Positions 12,701 through 21,041 of a stretch of 64,000 bases of DNA are shown here, piece after piece. The DNA lies in IMG/VR virus record IMGVR_UViG_3300024319_000003, positions 103,697 to 167,696 of that record. One strand, 5' to 3'. The notes beneath the pieces were generated by a model. It ran no database searches. It saw only the letters and a program-made list of their open reading frames with translations, and was not told the origin of the DNA. Numbering within the stretch: position 1 is the first letter of the stretch; each line of letters begins with the position of its first letter. This DNA is from a virus. The position numbers and the translations under genes are program-made.

Positions 12701-13227
12701 CTGCTGCAGGACATGGACAGTTAAATTGGAGTGGAAACTACGCTTTAATAACAGGACTATCTGGGAAAGGATTAAAGTTTAATGTAGGAGGCTCATCTCT
12801 TGCTTTAACTTTAGATACTAACTTAGCTGCAACATTTACAGGAAATGTAATCACACTAGGAGGTTTGACAGTTGGAGACTCAACCGCAGATACAGCTCAA
12901 ATAGGACTTAAACATCTACTAGGATACTGTGAAAATACAGATGTTGATACAGGAACTGAAGACATTAAATCTCTAGCACTATCAACATACCAAGCAGTCT
13001 TTTTTGACTATGTAATAAAGAACGGTACAAACTTAAGAGCCGGTACATTAACAGCTGCTCACGACGGAACAAATATTAAATTTAATGAAGTATCAACCGT
13101 AGATTTAGGTAACACGACAGACGTTAAGTTAAAGGTAGTGATAGATGGAAGTAATATGAAATTACAAGCTACAACATTAACAGATAACTGGACAATAAAA
13201 GCAAATATTAGAGGTATAAAAGTTTAA
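9709..13227 (+). CDS. Tail fibre-like protein with GNVGIGT repeats
   Basis: Repeated GNVGIGTTSP motifs; shares the AQEF...YESGSTKFGD module with the first ORF. Confidence 0.8.
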   Translation: MKQRIYNGHPLEFYDDSNNKKAEIKVSGSDLILNPVDSSGTVIIGEDGAINDIEVGAVGTAVDFTFLGGGTITPNGSTLVLGEVGDTIDLSNATIGAITASAFVGTFIGDGTDITNIPMDLESYTGDVGVTGSLVVTGTITAQEFNTEIVSASILYESGSTKFGDTLDDTHSFTGSLQVSGGLTLPDGVLSDLALNFSSSANTGIYLGDYNSSTKQFNIVVDGGIKGAFNSAGITSTSNLYTSAAGSFRNYSGVWKATTGQAGGDAQFILNGKTIMHLDEADERVGIGTTSPTVALHVSKSTGFNIKTERAIEDGGRNGHSHFYTAGGAHIFGRPLILESSFRLAPTTPSNTTKHYRITNDSEILKVALEVGGSTTTNNILTVSGSKVGIGTATPDELFDIAGTARFETGIAEGTIYVGNDIQHWGDGGTGMFFGTDTVALKNNSGETRLFIKSGGNVGLGTTNPNHKLDIYSNETIPLRVHRPSNANLNSTGSWGIGFSTRGDAVNSTSDTRAGIFSYYNGNLFLAANNTSIASDPFTYARVTIQSAGNVGIGTTSPAEKLEVVGYAKATTGFKAGSYTLLNESGNETSLSNSAYYPMFFKTNNSTRMTISNAGNVGIGTTSPSSKLEVYDSQNPTSGDITTSKIYSNGNVAANGNTRTGLDVETIRGGWYNSDTTAGNFKVSNANRIGNSDLIGVKSLATIDVDNVYSGVAAGGSLTALHGKVTTTFTAGSGPVAKGYGLRIDAPEVATSSEIATYYGAYIDGASVSGTLTNKYALVTEAAAGNVGIGTDSPNTRLHLRDVDSPYQIRLQSTGTETWNLGIGKTSYYDNTLLFQYGGDGDKMALTSTGKLGVGDLNPTARLVVVDNTQFASGQASVEVLRLQRKNTGGDIKATTEGHISMWATDSNTNTEWGRISWVNDNAGDGGLETEGAMSFWTSKEGDLTRAMYIDHDQQVGIGTTAPDATLKIVDASNSSTTSLSLNNRILFRGDGVMSWGSAAGHGQLNWSGNYALITGLSGKGLKFNVGGSSLALTLDTNLAATFTGNVITLGGLTVGDSTADTAQIGLKHLLGYCENTDVDTGTEDIKSLALSTYQAVFFDYVIKNGTNLRAGTLTAAHDGTNIKFNEVSTVDLGNTTDVKLKVVIDGSNMKLQATTLTDNWTIKANIRGIKV

Positions 13228-13237
13228 AACATATTAA

Positions 13238-13993
13238 ATGGCGTTTTCAAGAGGACCAACAGTTATAAAAGATGGTATTGTATTCAGTATTGATCCAGCA
13301 AGTTCAAAAAGCTATCCAGGATCAACAAATGTTTATGAACTAACACGCTACGGCGGCACTACAACAGCAACATTTCCACCCTCTGGGCAACTATCAGGAG
13401 GTACAACAGTAACTGTACCTACGACAGGGTCGACAACTAAAGTATTCGGTTTCGACGGAACTAACGACAGTCTACTTTTTGCAAATAATAGCGCTACAGC
13501 ACCTCTACCTGTTAACTTTACATCTTCAGCATTCTCGATAGAATCTTGGGTAAAACTTCAACAAACAGGTTCAAATACTATAGCAGTTATAGTCACTAGA
13601 GGAAATCCATTATGTGATGGCTGTGACGGTGGATTTAACACTATGTTTACCAATAGTTCTACAATATCAGTAAGATTTGACGCAACAGGGGGAAGTAATA
13701 TAGCAAGTGTTTCTTATAACTCTTCTTCATATGATTTTAGAGATGATAAATTCCACCACATTGTAGGGTTAAGAGATGGAACAAACATTAAACTTTATCT
13801 AGACGGGGTAGAAGTAGCTACAAATAATAATGACAATAATGTAAACGTTAACATAGAAGACCATCTATACATATCAGGATGGAGTTCATATAGAGGAGAA
13901 ATGGAAGTAGGTCCAGTAAGAATATATAATAAAGCACTATCGGCTACTGAAGTAAGCATTAACTATAACGCTCAAAAACATAGATTTATATAA
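13238..13993 (+). CDS. LamG/ConA-like lectin domain protein (array member 1)
   Basis: FDGTND...FSIESWVK...HHIVG...LYLDG...VRIYNKALS pattern of Laminin_G_3-type domains. Confidence 0.8.
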   Translation: MAFSRGPTVIKDGIVFSIDPASSKSYPGSTNVYELTRYGGTTTATFPPSGQLSGGTTVTVPTTGSTTKVFGFDGTNDSLLFANNSATAPLPVNFTSSAFSIESWVKLQQTGSNTIAVIVTRGNPLCDGCDGGFNTMFTNSSTISVRFDATGGSNIASVSYNSSSYDFRDDKFHHIVGLRDGTNIKLYLDGVEVATNNNDNNVNVNIEDHLYISGWSSYRGEMEVGPVRIYNKALSATEVSINYNAQKHRFI

Positions 13994-15174
13994 TGAATAC
14001 AGGACCAAAAATAGATACAGACGCTCTACTGTTTGGGTATGATACTGGTTACCCATTAATTACTACAAGTAATGATTCATATAAATTTAACTTAGGTGAA
14101 CCAACTACCAATAAACTAAACAACAATATACTAGGTCAAGGAAACGGTGCAAGCCTTGACTCAGATGATTTTGGTACCTATATACAATTAGCAGATATAA
14201 CTTCCAGCTATTCTAGATTTCAACTACCAAGTATAACGGTTGTATCCAATGAAGTATACACCTGGTCATTTGAATTATATTCAACAGAGACGATAACACA
14301 GAGTGGAAATAAGTATTACTTTGATACAAATGAATATTCTGATCAATTCCCAACTAGTAACGATTTATCAAGAGTAGGATTTACAAACATAAGGCCATCT
14401 TCTATACCGGCAAATGAGTGGACTAAGTTTAGTTTAACAGTTACTATGAAAGCTAATTTAACTGGAGCTTATACCTATGACTTTTTTAATATGGTATATC
14501 CTCATTTTCAAAATAAAAAAATATATTATAGAAATATGCAGTTTGAAACTAAACCGCATAATACACCTTACGCAGGGCAAGGTAATACAAGGTCTGTAGA
14601 AAACTCATTAATTGATTTAAAAAGAAATACAACAATAAACATATCAGATGTATCTTTTGATACTGATGCACAAATGTTTTTTGACGGAACCGATGACCAT
14701 ATAACAATAAATAATCCCGGTATATCAAATGATAGATTTACTATTGAGATGGTACTTAAACCAGATAGTTATTCAAATAGCCCTATGTTAATTAATCCAA
14801 ACAGTACAGGAATTGATCAATATATAAGAATTTGGAGTAATGGTCAAATAGGAGGAGTTTTTGTGGCAGCAGCAGATACCACAGGAGATACATGTAAAAG
14901 CACAACTCAATTAAGTACAGCAGAATACACACACTTTGTTATATCAAAAACACAAAGTGCAATAAAGGTATACATAAACGGTGAATTAGAAACAACCGTT
15001 ACACCAACAGTATCAGCAGCACCCTGGACAGGTAATTGGGACATAGGACAAAGAGCAAATAATACATTCAACTACGATGGTGAACTTCCTATACTAAAAG
15101 TGTATAAAAACGAGATGTCAGCATCAACAGTAAAAAGTAATTTTAAAGGACTTAGGAGTAGGTTTAATATTTAG
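13993..15174 (+). CDS. LamG/ConA-like protein with variable central insert (array member 2)
   Basis: GYDTGYP N-motif; C-terminal FDGTDD...YING...RFNI LamG. Confidence 0.8.
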   Translation: MNTGPKIDTDALLFGYDTGYPLITTSNDSYKFNLGEPTTNKLNNNILGQGNGASLDSDDFGTYIQLADITSSYSRFQLPSITVVSNEVYTWSFELYSTETITQSGNKYYFDTNEYSDQFPTSNDLSRVGFTNIRPSSIPANEWTKFSLTVTMKANLTGAYTYDFFNMVYPHFQNKKIYYRNMQFETKPHNTPYAGQGNTRSVENSLIDLKRNTTINISDVSFDTDAQMFFDGTDDHITINNPGISNDRFTIEMVLKPDSYSNSPMLINPNSTGIDQYIRIWSNGQIGGVFVAAADTTGDTCKSTTQLSTAEYTHFVISKTQSAIKVYINGELETTVTPTVSAAPWTGNWDIGQRANNTFNYDGELPILKVYKNEMSASTVKSNFKGLRSRFNI

Positions 15175-15187
15175 ATATTTATATTAA

Positions 15188-16372
15188 ATGGGAATAAATA
15201 GAGGAGCAAATATAGTTAGAGAAGGTCTTGTATACGGATATGATACAGGCTATCCCATAGTGTCGTCTAGTTTTGATTTTTATAGATTTAATTTAGGTGA
15301 ACCTACAACTAATATAGCAAACACAGATACAAAGAGAACAATAGTTGGACACAATGTAGGTGGTTACGGTCATGTAGTAGAGGTATCATCCGCACCTGAA
15401 AAAGGAGATGGGTGGAAAAAGATAAATATTACAACACATGGAACTAATTACAGAATTGCACAATTCCCATATATTACTCATGTAGCTAATACAACAAATA
15501 CATATAGTGTTGAATATGATTTTAATGAACTATCAGGATACTACTGGAAATTAGACGGTTCAACCGGTACTCTTGGAAGTAATATTAAAGATACCGGGTA
15601 TATACATTCGTTAACACATACAAGGTCAAGTAACGGGAGTCAAGCTTTATTTTTAATGAATAATAATGTGAATAGAGCATCAATAGATGATACTATATAC
15701 TTTAAAAATTATCAAATTGAAACTAACCCACATAATTCACCATTTACAGAAACTACAAGATCCTCAACAGGTTCATTAATAGATATAACAAGAACAACGG
15801 ATATAGATTTATCCAATGTAACATTTGATAATAATGCACAAATTACTTTTGATGGTTCGGATGACTTTATAGAATTAGATCTAAACTTATCTGACCTTGT
15901 AGGAACAAATCCTACAGGAATAACTTTTGAATTTGTAGCAAAAGCAGATAACCTAACAAACCCAATAGGAATTAGCGGAGATTATACAGGCCCAGCAGGA
16001 ACAGGATTTGGTATCAAAAGATCTTCTTCTAATAATAAACTAGAATTCAGAGTTTACGCTACTGGTGGTATTCCAAGATCAACAACAGATATACCTATAG
16101 ACAGGTACTTTTATGGAGTATGCATTTGGGATGGTACCGGCACTGGAGAACTTAGGATTTACTTTAACGGAATACTAGAAACAACCTCATCCACAGGTAC
16201 AACTTGGAATCATGGAAATGGTGATTTAAGAATAGGAGATATTTACGGAAGCATGGGCGCCCCTGGTGAATGGCAAGGAGAAATACCGGTATTTAGAATT
16301 TACGATAGAGCACTTTCATCATCAGAAGTAACACAGAACTTTAACACCTTAAAGGATAGATTTAATATATAA
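15188..16372 (+). CDS. LamG/ConA-like protein (array member 3)
   Basis: GYDTGYP N-motif; FDGSDD...IYFNG...RIYDRALS...RFNI. Confidence 0.8.
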   Translation: MGINRGANIVREGLVYGYDTGYPIVSSSFDFYRFNLGEPTTNIANTDTKRTIVGHNVGGYGHVVEVSSAPEKGDGWKKINITTHGTNYRIAQFPYITHVANTTNTYSVEYDFNELSGYYWKLDGSTGTLGSNIKDTGYIHSLTHTRSSNGSQALFLMNNNVNRASIDDTIYFKNYQIETNPHNSPFTETTRSSTGSLIDITRTTDIDLSNVTFDNNAQITFDGSDDFIELDLNLSDLVGTNPTGITFEFVAKADNLTNPIGISGDYTGPAGTGFGIKRSSSNNKLEFRVYATGGIPRSTTDIPIDRYFYGVCIWDGTGTGELRIYFNGILETTSSTGTTWNHGNGDLRIGDIYGSMGAPGEWQGEIPVFRIYDRALSSSEVTQNFNTLKDRFNI

Positions 16373-18117
16373 TGGCAACAGGAGGAGGACCAAATAACAT
16401 ATCTAAAGGATTAGTAGCAGGATACGATACAGGGTATCCAGCATCTACTGGTTCTACTCATGAAACTAAGTATTACAAAGGACAGTTTCTACATGAAAAC
16501 GTAATACCCGATACAACAACATTATCCAGATATAACAACCCAGGTTTTTCCGGAACAAACACAAACACAGGTAGATTACATCCAATACATAAAACACCGA
16601 TTTGGAAATTAACACACATAGCTGATTCAGGAAAAGAGTCAAGATTATCAAGCGGGGAAGGATTTGGCTGTTACCATAGTTCTGTAACTCAATACGATGC
16701 AACATCGAAGTACATAGCTTCAATTTCATTTAAAGCAGATTCATCAAGCCCGGTAATTACCGGTAGTTTTAATAACGGGTACTCTAATATTGGTGGATGG
16801 AACTCACACGGTACATCAAAAACAATGGTACCTGAAGGAGATGGTTGGTATAGACTTTATACATTCTTCACCAACTCAACAACTTCATACTCAGCAGACG
16901 GCACTACCCTTTTATCGGGTAGATATGCAGGTAATACCTATACCACAATTGATCTACCCTCTGGAATAAGTACAGTAACACATTCGGTTGATACTGCTCA
17001 ATACCTTGGCGGAGACGCTAATTATAGAGGCACTTACCAATTAACCAATACAGTACAAAACGATTATGATAATGTAGGCGCATCTATTTTAGATTATGGA
17101 TTAGATGCTTCATATACAAAACCAGTATTTAACCCAGTATGGAACTTCCCAACCAGTAGTGCTAGTGATATAAACCAAACAATATACTTAAGAGTAAACA
17201 TGCCTTCAGCAGGTTCAATAAGACTTAGATCATACGTATATTCAGCTACCCCTTATTTAACGGATAGCAAATACTGGAAAATATACTTTGATTCCGCAGG
17301 AGTATCAACGGGTAAAGAAATGACTACATACTGGAGCGCACCAATGAAATCACGAATAGTCACCACAGATGCTGCAAATGGTAATAATAAAAACTATAAG
17401 TTTAAAAAATACGGAACAGGTAACAGAGGGCATACCGATTTATTAGCTAATCTACCCGATAATGCTTTCAGCTCATCTTACAATGCTATTACATACAGAG
17501 GAGCAAAAACACAGTTTGTCAGTATGGACAGTAACAGACTCCCATATTTTGACGGTACGAATGATCGTATTGAACTCAATAAAGTATATCCTCCAGAGGA
17601 TTCGATACAATTTAGTAGCGATAACAACCACATAACTTTTATTGCGTGGGTTAGGTCCGATGGTCCATCAAACGAAAGAAGAGGTATCTTCAGTTCTTAT
17701 GCTCATCCAGAATTTGATCATGGTGGGATAAACCTATACGGTACGAGCACTGGAGCAATACAAGTTCAGACAATAGATACAGCTCTTGAAAGTCGCCAAG
17801 TTTCATCATCTAACTTTAGTATATACGATGGAGACTGGAAATGTGTAGGATTCAGATTATCAACACAAGCAATAACAGTGTTCTACTTTGACAGTAATGA
17901 TGACTTAGTAACATCTTCTTTATTAGAAGACGGTACACGAACAGTTAATAGTTCCGGGTACAATGTCATGAAAGACTTGACAATAGGAGCTGAATTTGAG
18001 GGCTCAAATACATACTGGGAGGGTAGTATAGATGGAGTAAGGTATTTTGAAAAAGTAGAAAAGACAGACAAAGATTTAATTGCGTATTATAACTCAACTA
18101 AAAAAAGATTCATATAA
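16372..18117 (+). CDS. LamG/ConA-like protein with long insert (array member 4)
   Basis: GYDTGYP N-motif; FDGTND...FIAWVR...RFI. Confidence 0.75.
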   Translation: MATGGGPNNISKGLVAGYDTGYPASTGSTHETKYYKGQFLHENVIPDTTTLSRYNNPGFSGTNTNTGRLHPIHKTPIWKLTHIADSGKESRLSSGEGFGCYHSSVTQYDATSKYIASISFKADSSSPVITGSFNNGYSNIGGWNSHGTSKTMVPEGDGWYRLYTFFTNSTTSYSADGTTLLSGRYAGNTYTTIDLPSGISTVTHSVDTAQYLGGDANYRGTYQLTNTVQNDYDNVGASILDYGLDASYTKPVFNPVWNFPTSSASDINQTIYLRVNMPSAGSIRLRSYVYSATPYLTDSKYWKIYFDSAGVSTGKEMTTYWSAPMKSRIVTTDAANGNNKNYKFKKYGTGNRGHTDLLANLPDNAFSSSYNAITYRGAKTQFVSMDSNRLPYFDGTNDRIELNKVYPPEDSIQFSSDNNHITFIAWVRSDGPSNERRGIFSSYAHPEFDHGGINLYGTSTGAIQVQTIDTALESRQVSSSNFSIYDGDWKCVGFRLSTQAITVFYFDSNDDLVTSSLLEDGTRTVNSSGYNVMKDLTIGAEFEGSNTYWEGSIDGVRYFEKVEKTDKDLIAYYNSTKKRFI

Positions 18118-19463
18118 TGTTTATAGGTCCAAACACAAACGCAAGCAAAGTTAGCTGGGGATACGACACAGGATATCCAGTAGTTGAATCAAACTTAGAT
18201 AGTTACAGATTTAATGCTGGGGAACCAACTTATAACTATGTTTCAGATAATAATAACCCATTCGGTTCAGTATCAGATTGGACAGAACATGGATGGCCTG
18301 GAGATGTAGAATGGAGTCAAGCAGAAAATGCAATCGAGTTAACAGCAACAAATGGATGGCATAGCATATATTACGAATTAGGAAACGGTGTAATATCGGA
18401 AAATATGTACGTATCATTTGAATATAAACTTAAATCACAACAAACCTCAGGAATATGGGGATTCGTACTTAACGGAACTTCGTTAGGTAATTACAACGTA
18501 AGTTTAGGTAATTTTACATCACCATCTCTTACAGAATGGAAAACCTACACAGGATCGTTTACCGGTGTTAATAGTACAAATGGAACTAGAATATGCATAG
18601 GATTGCGAGGCACAGACAACGGAGGTCTTACAGATACAATTTATATTAGGAGACTACAGGTGGAAAAAAATACCCACCACACACCCTTTGCAGGCTTAGC
18701 TTTTGCATATCCACCTAATGGACATGGATCTAGAGTAGCATATACAGGAAGTCAAGGTAGTAACTCAGGTCAATTTCTACCGACTTCACTAAAAAACATT
18801 GTACAGCCATATACATACCCTGCTTTTTCTGGAACAGGATTCCCAACAATGGTTAGTAGTGCTGACCAGTTATTAAAGTGGAAGATAAACGTAGAAGATG
18901 TAACATTTAATTCAAATGCACAGATGGAATTTGATGGTACTGATGATAAGATGAAAGAGAGCTGGCCTGCATCATTAAATATTGATAATACAGACAAGCC
19001 AAGGACTTGGGAAGTAGTATTTAAAACAGATACACTTACTGGAGTGCATTGTATATTCGGACATAAATCAGGCGATGGTTGCTCTCACTACTGTAATGGA
19101 GGTATTCGACAAAGTAGTAATAAAGTACAGTTTGTATGGTATGATAATTCTAACTATCAATTTCTACAAGGAACAACAACACTTACAACAACATCTTATT
19201 ACCATGTAGTAGCAGTATGGGATGAATCAACATTATACCCTAGCCTTTATGTAAACGGAGAACAAGTAGGATCTTGGGGTTCTGCTTCTACTCTAAACTA
19301 TTCATCAGGTATGCAACAATACAATATAGGGTTTAACTCTAAATCAGGAGGAAAGGAATACTTTGATGGAGTTATTCCGATAGTTAAATTTTATAGTAAT
19401 AGATTAACAGAAACAGAAATAAAACAAAACTTTAAAGGAATTAAAAAAAGATTTAATATTTGA
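18117..19463 (+). CDS. LamG/ConA-like protein (array member 5)
   Basis: GYDTGYP N-motif; FDGTDD...YHVVAVWD...LYVNG...RFNI. Confidence 0.8.
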   Translation: MFIGPNTNASKVSWGYDTGYPVVESNLDSYRFNAGEPTYNYVSDNNNPFGSVSDWTEHGWPGDVEWSQAENAIELTATNGWHSIYYELGNGVISENMYVSFEYKLKSQQTSGIWGFVLNGTSLGNYNVSLGNFTSPSLTEWKTYTGSFTGVNSTNGTRICIGLRGTDNGGLTDTIYIRRLQVEKNTHHTPFAGLAFAYPPNGHGSRVAYTGSQGSNSGQFLPTSLKNIVQPYTYPAFSGTGFPTMVSSADQLLKWKINVEDVTFNSNAQMEFDGTDDKMKESWPASLNIDNTDKPRTWEVVFKTDTLTGVHCIFGHKSGDGCSHYCNGGIRQSSNKVQFVWYDNSNYQFLQGTTTLTTTSYYHVVAVWDESTLYPSLYVNGEQVGSWGSASTLNYSSGMQQYNIGFNSKSGGKEYFDGVIPIVKFYSNRLTETEIKQNFKGIKKRFNI

Positions 19464-19488
19464 TATTTATAATTAAAACATAATAACA

Positions 19489-19833
19489 ATGAGTAGATTT
19501 CCAAACAGACGCTGGTTAGTAGTACCAGCAACAGACGTAGAAACTATAGATTTTAATCAGGTTTTAGAACATTCAGCGGAAGGTCTAAGATACTCTATAG
19601 ATAACACAAAAACCTTCGTAAAGTACGAAGTTAATGAAATAACCGCATCATACTCAACAATAGGTATGGATGCTGAAACAGGAGAAGAAATTTCAATTTT
19701 ACACGAAGCAGGTGTATATGGTAGACCGTCTTTTTATTTAGATAGTTACTCTGAATATACACATAGTGAAATACTAGCTTTACTAGCAACAGATGAATGG
19801 ACTGATCAAGATGTATTAGATTCACCATCATAA
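19489..19833 (+). CDS. Small acidic hypothetical protein inside the LamG array
   Basis: 114 aa ORF with phage-like codon usage, preceded by a TATTTATA motif. Confidence 0.7.
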   Translation: MSRFPNRRWLVVPATDVETIDFNQVLEHSAEGLRYSIDNTKTFVKYEVNEITASYSTIGMDAETGEEISILHEAGVYGRPSFYLDSYSEYTHSEILALLATDEWTDQDVLDSPS

Positions 19834-19842
19834 ACTTAGTAT

Positions 19843-20985
19843 ATGGCTTCTCATTTAGGACCAAATATAATTGAAGAAGGGTTAGTAGTTGGATATGATA
19901 CCGGCTACCCGTTAGTGGGTACTTCTAGAGATGTCTTTAAATTTAATAAAGGTAAACCAACAACAAATTTACTTACACAAACAGGAGCACAATCTTTAGA
20001 TGTCCGTACAGATATATACAACAATACAACAAAGACTGATCTTGGAGGCGGTAAATTTAAATTCGTTAATGACGGAACAGGTGGATCAACCATTAGACTA
20101 TACACAAACGTTAATGATCTAACTGATAATGCAATTTACGGATGTAGTGTTAATTATGAAAACTTTAACCCTGGAGTAGGAACTGCCGTTATTTTAGATT
20201 GGTGTGATGTAAACAACACAGCATTTTCAGTAGCAAACTTTGGTTCTTCTAATAGGGTGTTTATGTCAGGTTCTAGATCTGAGTATAACTCTACATATCG
20301 GTTTCTAGATATATCAGTACCAGTAAGTTCATCTATTACGTTATTTAATGCACAAGTAGAATTAGGGGTACCTTCACCATTCACAGATGATATAAGATCA
20401 GTATCTGGATCGTTGATAGATTTAAAAAGATCAAAAGATATAAACGTAAGTAATGTAAGTTTTAACAGTAATGCACAAATAGCTTTTGATGGAACAAACG
20501 ATTCTATAGAAATAGCTGATTCAAACGATTTAGATTTAACATCAAACCTATCTTTTGAATTTATAGTAAAAGCAGATTCATCTCAAAGTAACCCTTACCC
20601 GAGATTACTAGATAAAAGTGTTTACTTAGTACACCTTAGTGTGTCATCACCATTTTCTATCGCACAAAATATATCAACATCAGATGGTCTGAGGCAGGTA
20701 AATGTAGGGAGTGCGTTTCCATCAGATAAATGGACTCATATAATTACATCATACGACGGACAAAACGGTAGGATATATGTTAATGGAAGTTTAGTAGCAA
20801 CAAATAGCTGGAGTACAACATTGCCCTGTAACACAAACAGTGCTACATTAAAAATAGGAGGAGATGGAGGAACAAATAGACCGCTTAATGGAGAGTTACC
20901 CATAGCTAAGATTTATAACAAAGTATTAACTGCAGAAGAAGTATTAAATAGTTTTAATAGTTTACGACATAGATTTGAATTGTAA
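19843..20985 (+). CDS. LamG/ConA-like protein (array member 6)
   Basis: GYDTGYP N-motif; FDGTND...WTHIITSYDG...IYVNG...KIYNKVLT. Confidence 0.8.
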   Translation: MASHLGPNIIEEGLVVGYDTGYPLVGTSRDVFKFNKGKPTTNLLTQTGAQSLDVRTDIYNNTTKTDLGGGKFKFVNDGTGGSTIRLYTNVNDLTDNAIYGCSVNYENFNPGVGTAVILDWCDVNNTAFSVANFGSSNRVFMSGSRSEYNSTYRFLDISVPVSSSITLFNAQVELGVPSPFTDDIRSVSGSLIDLKRSKDINVSNVSFNSNAQIAFDGTNDSIEIADSNDLDLTSNLSFEFIVKADSSQSNPYPRLLDKSVYLVHLSVSSPFSIAQNISTSDGLRQVNVGSAFPSDKWTHIITSYDGQNGRIYVNGSLVATNSWSTTLPCNTNSATLKIGGDGGTNRPLNGELPIAKIYNKVLTAEEVLNSFNSLRHRFEL

Positions 20986-21041
20986 GTATTAATGTAACTA
21001 TTTATTATAGACCTTTTGGAAAATGAAAAAAGGATATTATT

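Noticed and set aside
13238-20985. LamG array as a shufflon or DGR target set
   Set aside because: The shared GYDTGYP motif is encoded with different synonymous codons in each copy. No inverted repeats, recombinase, reverse transcriptase or adenine-variant template repeat were seen in the window.
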